Below the pieces are notes generated by a model. That model had not been told where the DNA came from. It worked only from the letters and a program-made list of their open reading frames with translations, and did not search any database. Positions 59,501 through 64,000 of a DNA stretch of 64,000 nt are shown piece by piece. The DNA lies in the NCBI RefSeq assembly GCF_009914755.1, contig NC_060947.1, one strand, 5' to 3'. Position numbers and translations under genes: made by a program. Position 1 is the first letter of the stretch, and every line of letters begins with the position of its first letter. This DNA comes from the human T2T-CHM13v2.0 reference genome, Homo sapiens.

Positions 59501-61308
59501 TGGTCTTTCAATATCATTAGTAGTACACAGAAATGCCATGCGTATCAGTCAGTTATAAGACAACCAAAGGCAGAAGCTATGCATATGTAGGAACTGAAGA
59601 GTAAAACCTACTGTATGATTTAAAGCTCCACAGTAAGAAATGGAGCCTTGATATATGCGTGTGTGGTGTGTGTGTGTGTATCTCTTAAAATGATTACTTA
59701 GAATGTGATCTCGATGAATTTGGTATATTGCTGTTCATAGGACACAGCACATGAATTATCTACTTTTTTTTTATTTCTTTTCAGGAAACACATGTGAACA
59801 CCAGATCCAAAATATTTCTTCTCTGATTTGTACCCGGAGATGTTAAAAAGGGGAAAGAAACGTGACTGGATAGGCTCACTGGCAGCTAATCATGAACTTG
59901 CCTTCAATAATGCTCAACAGACCCATTTTCCTGAGGCACTCTGGAAAGCAGGGCAGCTTACATCCCCTAATTCCTTCCCCAAATATCAATTTGCACAATA
60001 ACTTATGGGAATGTTTTATTGCAGATGATCACTATACACTAATGTCTGTTATTTGATTACAGTAAAGCCCTCTAGTTACACTTGCCTAATAGTTTCAAAT
60101 AGAAGACTATGCATAAAAGAACAACTAGGATTTACTATAAAACTTTAATATCACAACAGTGACATAGAACTTTTGCAAAACAGTGAAGAACCATTCAGTA
60201 TGAGGTTTTTTCATCCTCCATACCAACAAAGCTTTCTTCAATGGTAATTAAAAGTGACTTCCTCTCGAGGTTATAGATCGGCCATCAGCCCACGAAGCAT
60301 TCCTAAAAGGTGGGAAACTCTTTACACTTATTGAGACCCTCGTCAATGGCATTGCTGTAGCCATACAACTCTTAAAAAGCTGCAGAGTATACTGCTTAGC
60401 ATTCAGACCTAGTTTCCTTGGTTATTTTCTCAGCCGACAATTGGAATATTAATGCGAAATTATCAAAGGGTTTGAGAGAAATTCAGTAGAAATTGGAGAA
60501 AACAAAAAAAATTGTGAGAACTAAGTGTTTTAGCCTTGTGGAACATTTAGTAAGTCTCCAGAAATCTGTAAATTGCAAGAAAACATCAATCATCATTGAG
60601 GAGAAGCCTGCACTATTTGTGAGTTTATATTTTTATTACTCCTAATAAATAAAACATGTAATTAAAGGTTACGTAACATCTTGGAATCACCTTCTTTCAG
60701 TAATTGGAAATAAAACCTAATTATTTTTTATGTGTTTCTTTTTTAGGCTCACCATTATAGTCTCCAATTTGGTCTGAAACCATGGTTAAAAAGAAAGAAC
60801 TAAAAGAAATCCCTTTACCCACCTGCGGAGGTATCTCAATGTTAAAATTCCACTAGTCTCAGAGTTATCAGTGTGTGTGTGGAGCAGGGAGCAGAAGTGA
60901 AAGCTTGTAATGATGAATTTTCATGGTATGAAACCACTCCTCTCTCTTGGGTTAAGACCGGTTCTTAAGAGTAGAGATAACATGCTATTTCTGGATCAGT
61001 GTGTGGGTGAGTAAATTTTCTGTGGGAAAAAAGTAATAAAATCCAAAGGATAGCCATAAATCTATCTAGATTTCCATGGAGATGACATTTGGATTATTCT
61101 TCAGATGGTGTCAACATTATTTGCCCTAGTTTACTATCTTAGACAGACTCATATTCAACTTCCTTTAGGTTAACCTGTGTAAACAGGATTATGTAGTGTG
61201 AATATATTTTGCATTTAATTCAGGATTTAGGAAAGCGTATTTATTTTTAAAATAAATAAAAACAGAATGTTAACAACATGCTGGCATATACTATTTATTT
61301 TGCAGTCA

Positions 61309-61509
<201 letters not shown>

Positions 61510-63241
61510 TTACAAATCTTAATGGAAAAAGTCAAACTACACTTTTAAGGTGTCTGGAAGAAAGAAAACAAACTCTGAGTTTCAGAATAAATTTTCAAAC
61601 TAAAGAAACATTTTATTTCTATCTGGAAACATTGGTAAAGCTTCTGAAAGTGTCTATAGTTTCTGATAACCTGTCCTTTGGTTTACAGAGTGGAACTCTA
61701 TCTCACTGAGTATTTGTAATGGGTTGGCAAATGGCTATTCTGCCTTTTGAAATTGTGCTACTTTTCATGTGAAAGGAAAAGGAGAAATAGAAAGATAATT
61801 CAGAGTTGTCTGCCAACCGACCAAGGACCAAAAACCCACTAGCAAAGATTTCCTTCAGAATGACCACAATTTGAATAAATAATCTCCTTTATTCTAAGAA
61901 GGTAGAAAATGCATAAATAACGTGGAACCCCATTAAGGAAACTGTATTTGGAAAATTGAGCCTTTTATACCAAAAAAGGGAGGAGGGAGATACAACCACC
62001 ATTAACAAATCTTGTCATATTAATTATCATTAGTGAAAATGTGTGTGAAAAGAGCAGGGTTTTTGTTGGTAGGAAGGAAAAAATCAGTGCATACTAATTT
62101 TTCAAATTTCATATCAGAAGTATGATTATCAAAAATATGAGTTCTTAATTAAAATGATTTTCAATTATGAATAACCATAGATCAATCAAGTGTCTCATTT
62201 ACCAATAACAGCCATGTTATCCAAAATTTTCTTTTACTGAATATAGACTCCTGCGCTGAAATAATATTTATGTGATTATTCGAGCCACATAAGCATGCTT
62301 TGCAACCACTTAAGCCTTTTTGAAACAAGCCTAATTTACAGTTAATGCATTAAAAACTTTGTGCAAACAGAAAACGTTATGTCTGCTTTTCCATCCCAGG
62401 GTGTAGCACACATAAATGGAGAAATAACAGATCGGTGACTCTTATTTTTTTTGTAATATTTATCTAGTAAAAGGCAGAAAAGAGTGTAAAAGATTCATTT
62501 GGTTAAGAATGGCAAATAAACTGCATGCTCGCCTGAAGGTCTGCCTTGACGCAACCTGACACCTAGAGCTGAATTTCCAGTCGCTGGAATATCGCGCTAC
62601 TCCTACCACTGAAAATGTTCAAAAGCACCACAGTCTGGGTATGAGCTTAAATCCCCTCTTCAACACCGCATTTTAGTAGCATGTAACCGATTACACTAAG
62701 TCTAACCAAATCTCTCAGCTCTTTGCAACAAGGTTCTAGAAATCCCCCCTCCCCCCGCCCCAGCAAACATTTCGAAGCTGCACCACAAGTCAAGTCTGTC
62801 CCAAAAAGCTTAAAAGTCATCAAAGAAACGCAATGCCTAGACAGCAGAAGCCCACATCCCTTGGAGGTGGAAGCTGGAGGGGAAGGGTCTGAGGCAGAGA
62901 TAAAAGCAAGAGAGGGATTCCCCAGGCTCTCCTGGGGACGGGAGGATGGTGTCTGCCCAGCTCTGCGCCTGCAATTTCCACGCCATACATATCACAGCCA
63001 TGTCTGGGTCACGCCTGCCCAGAGCCCACCGGGCATGCACATATGTGACATGTCCGAAGCTGAGGGCAAGCCACCCAGGGCAGAGTATGCCCCCAGGCTC
63101 TGCGCCTGTCCCAGGGCAGTTGCAATGCAGCAAGCGTGTTACTGTTACGGAGGCAAGAAAGCCAGCGCCTTCCCACGCACGCACACAGGCTAGGTGGCCT
63201 CTTCTGCACAAGATGGGCCACCAACAAACTCACCTATGCTA

Positions 63242-64000
<759 letters not shown>

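Overview
This is primate (very probably human) X-linked genomic DNA from the FGF13/FHF2 locus, transcribed on the minus strand. The right end is a CpG island holding the A-type (1S) first coding exon (63313-63499). Exon 2 (61314-61424) and exon 3 (55481-55584) follow, with GT-AG boundaries and phases that join into one frame. Positions 1-55480 are part of the large intron 3, and exon 4 is outside the window. That intron hosts the MIR504 hairpin (20210-20292, sense to FGF13), a 34-nt U2 snRNA retrocopy with target-site duplication, a near full-length Tigger1 with a nested Alu, a MER50 LTR, and many Alu, L1, L2, MIR and MER relics. Almost all ORFs in the supplied track are repeat-derived or chance. 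I see no evidence for a wholly new biological system. The best leads are splicing and translation features of FGF13: consensus-like alternative donors after exon 1S (one in frame, +22 aa), an open Arg-rich in-frame 5' extension with a uORF, candidate poison exons in intron 2, and inverted Alus bracketing exon 3. Repeat subfamily calls and old-repeat boundaries are by eye and approximate.
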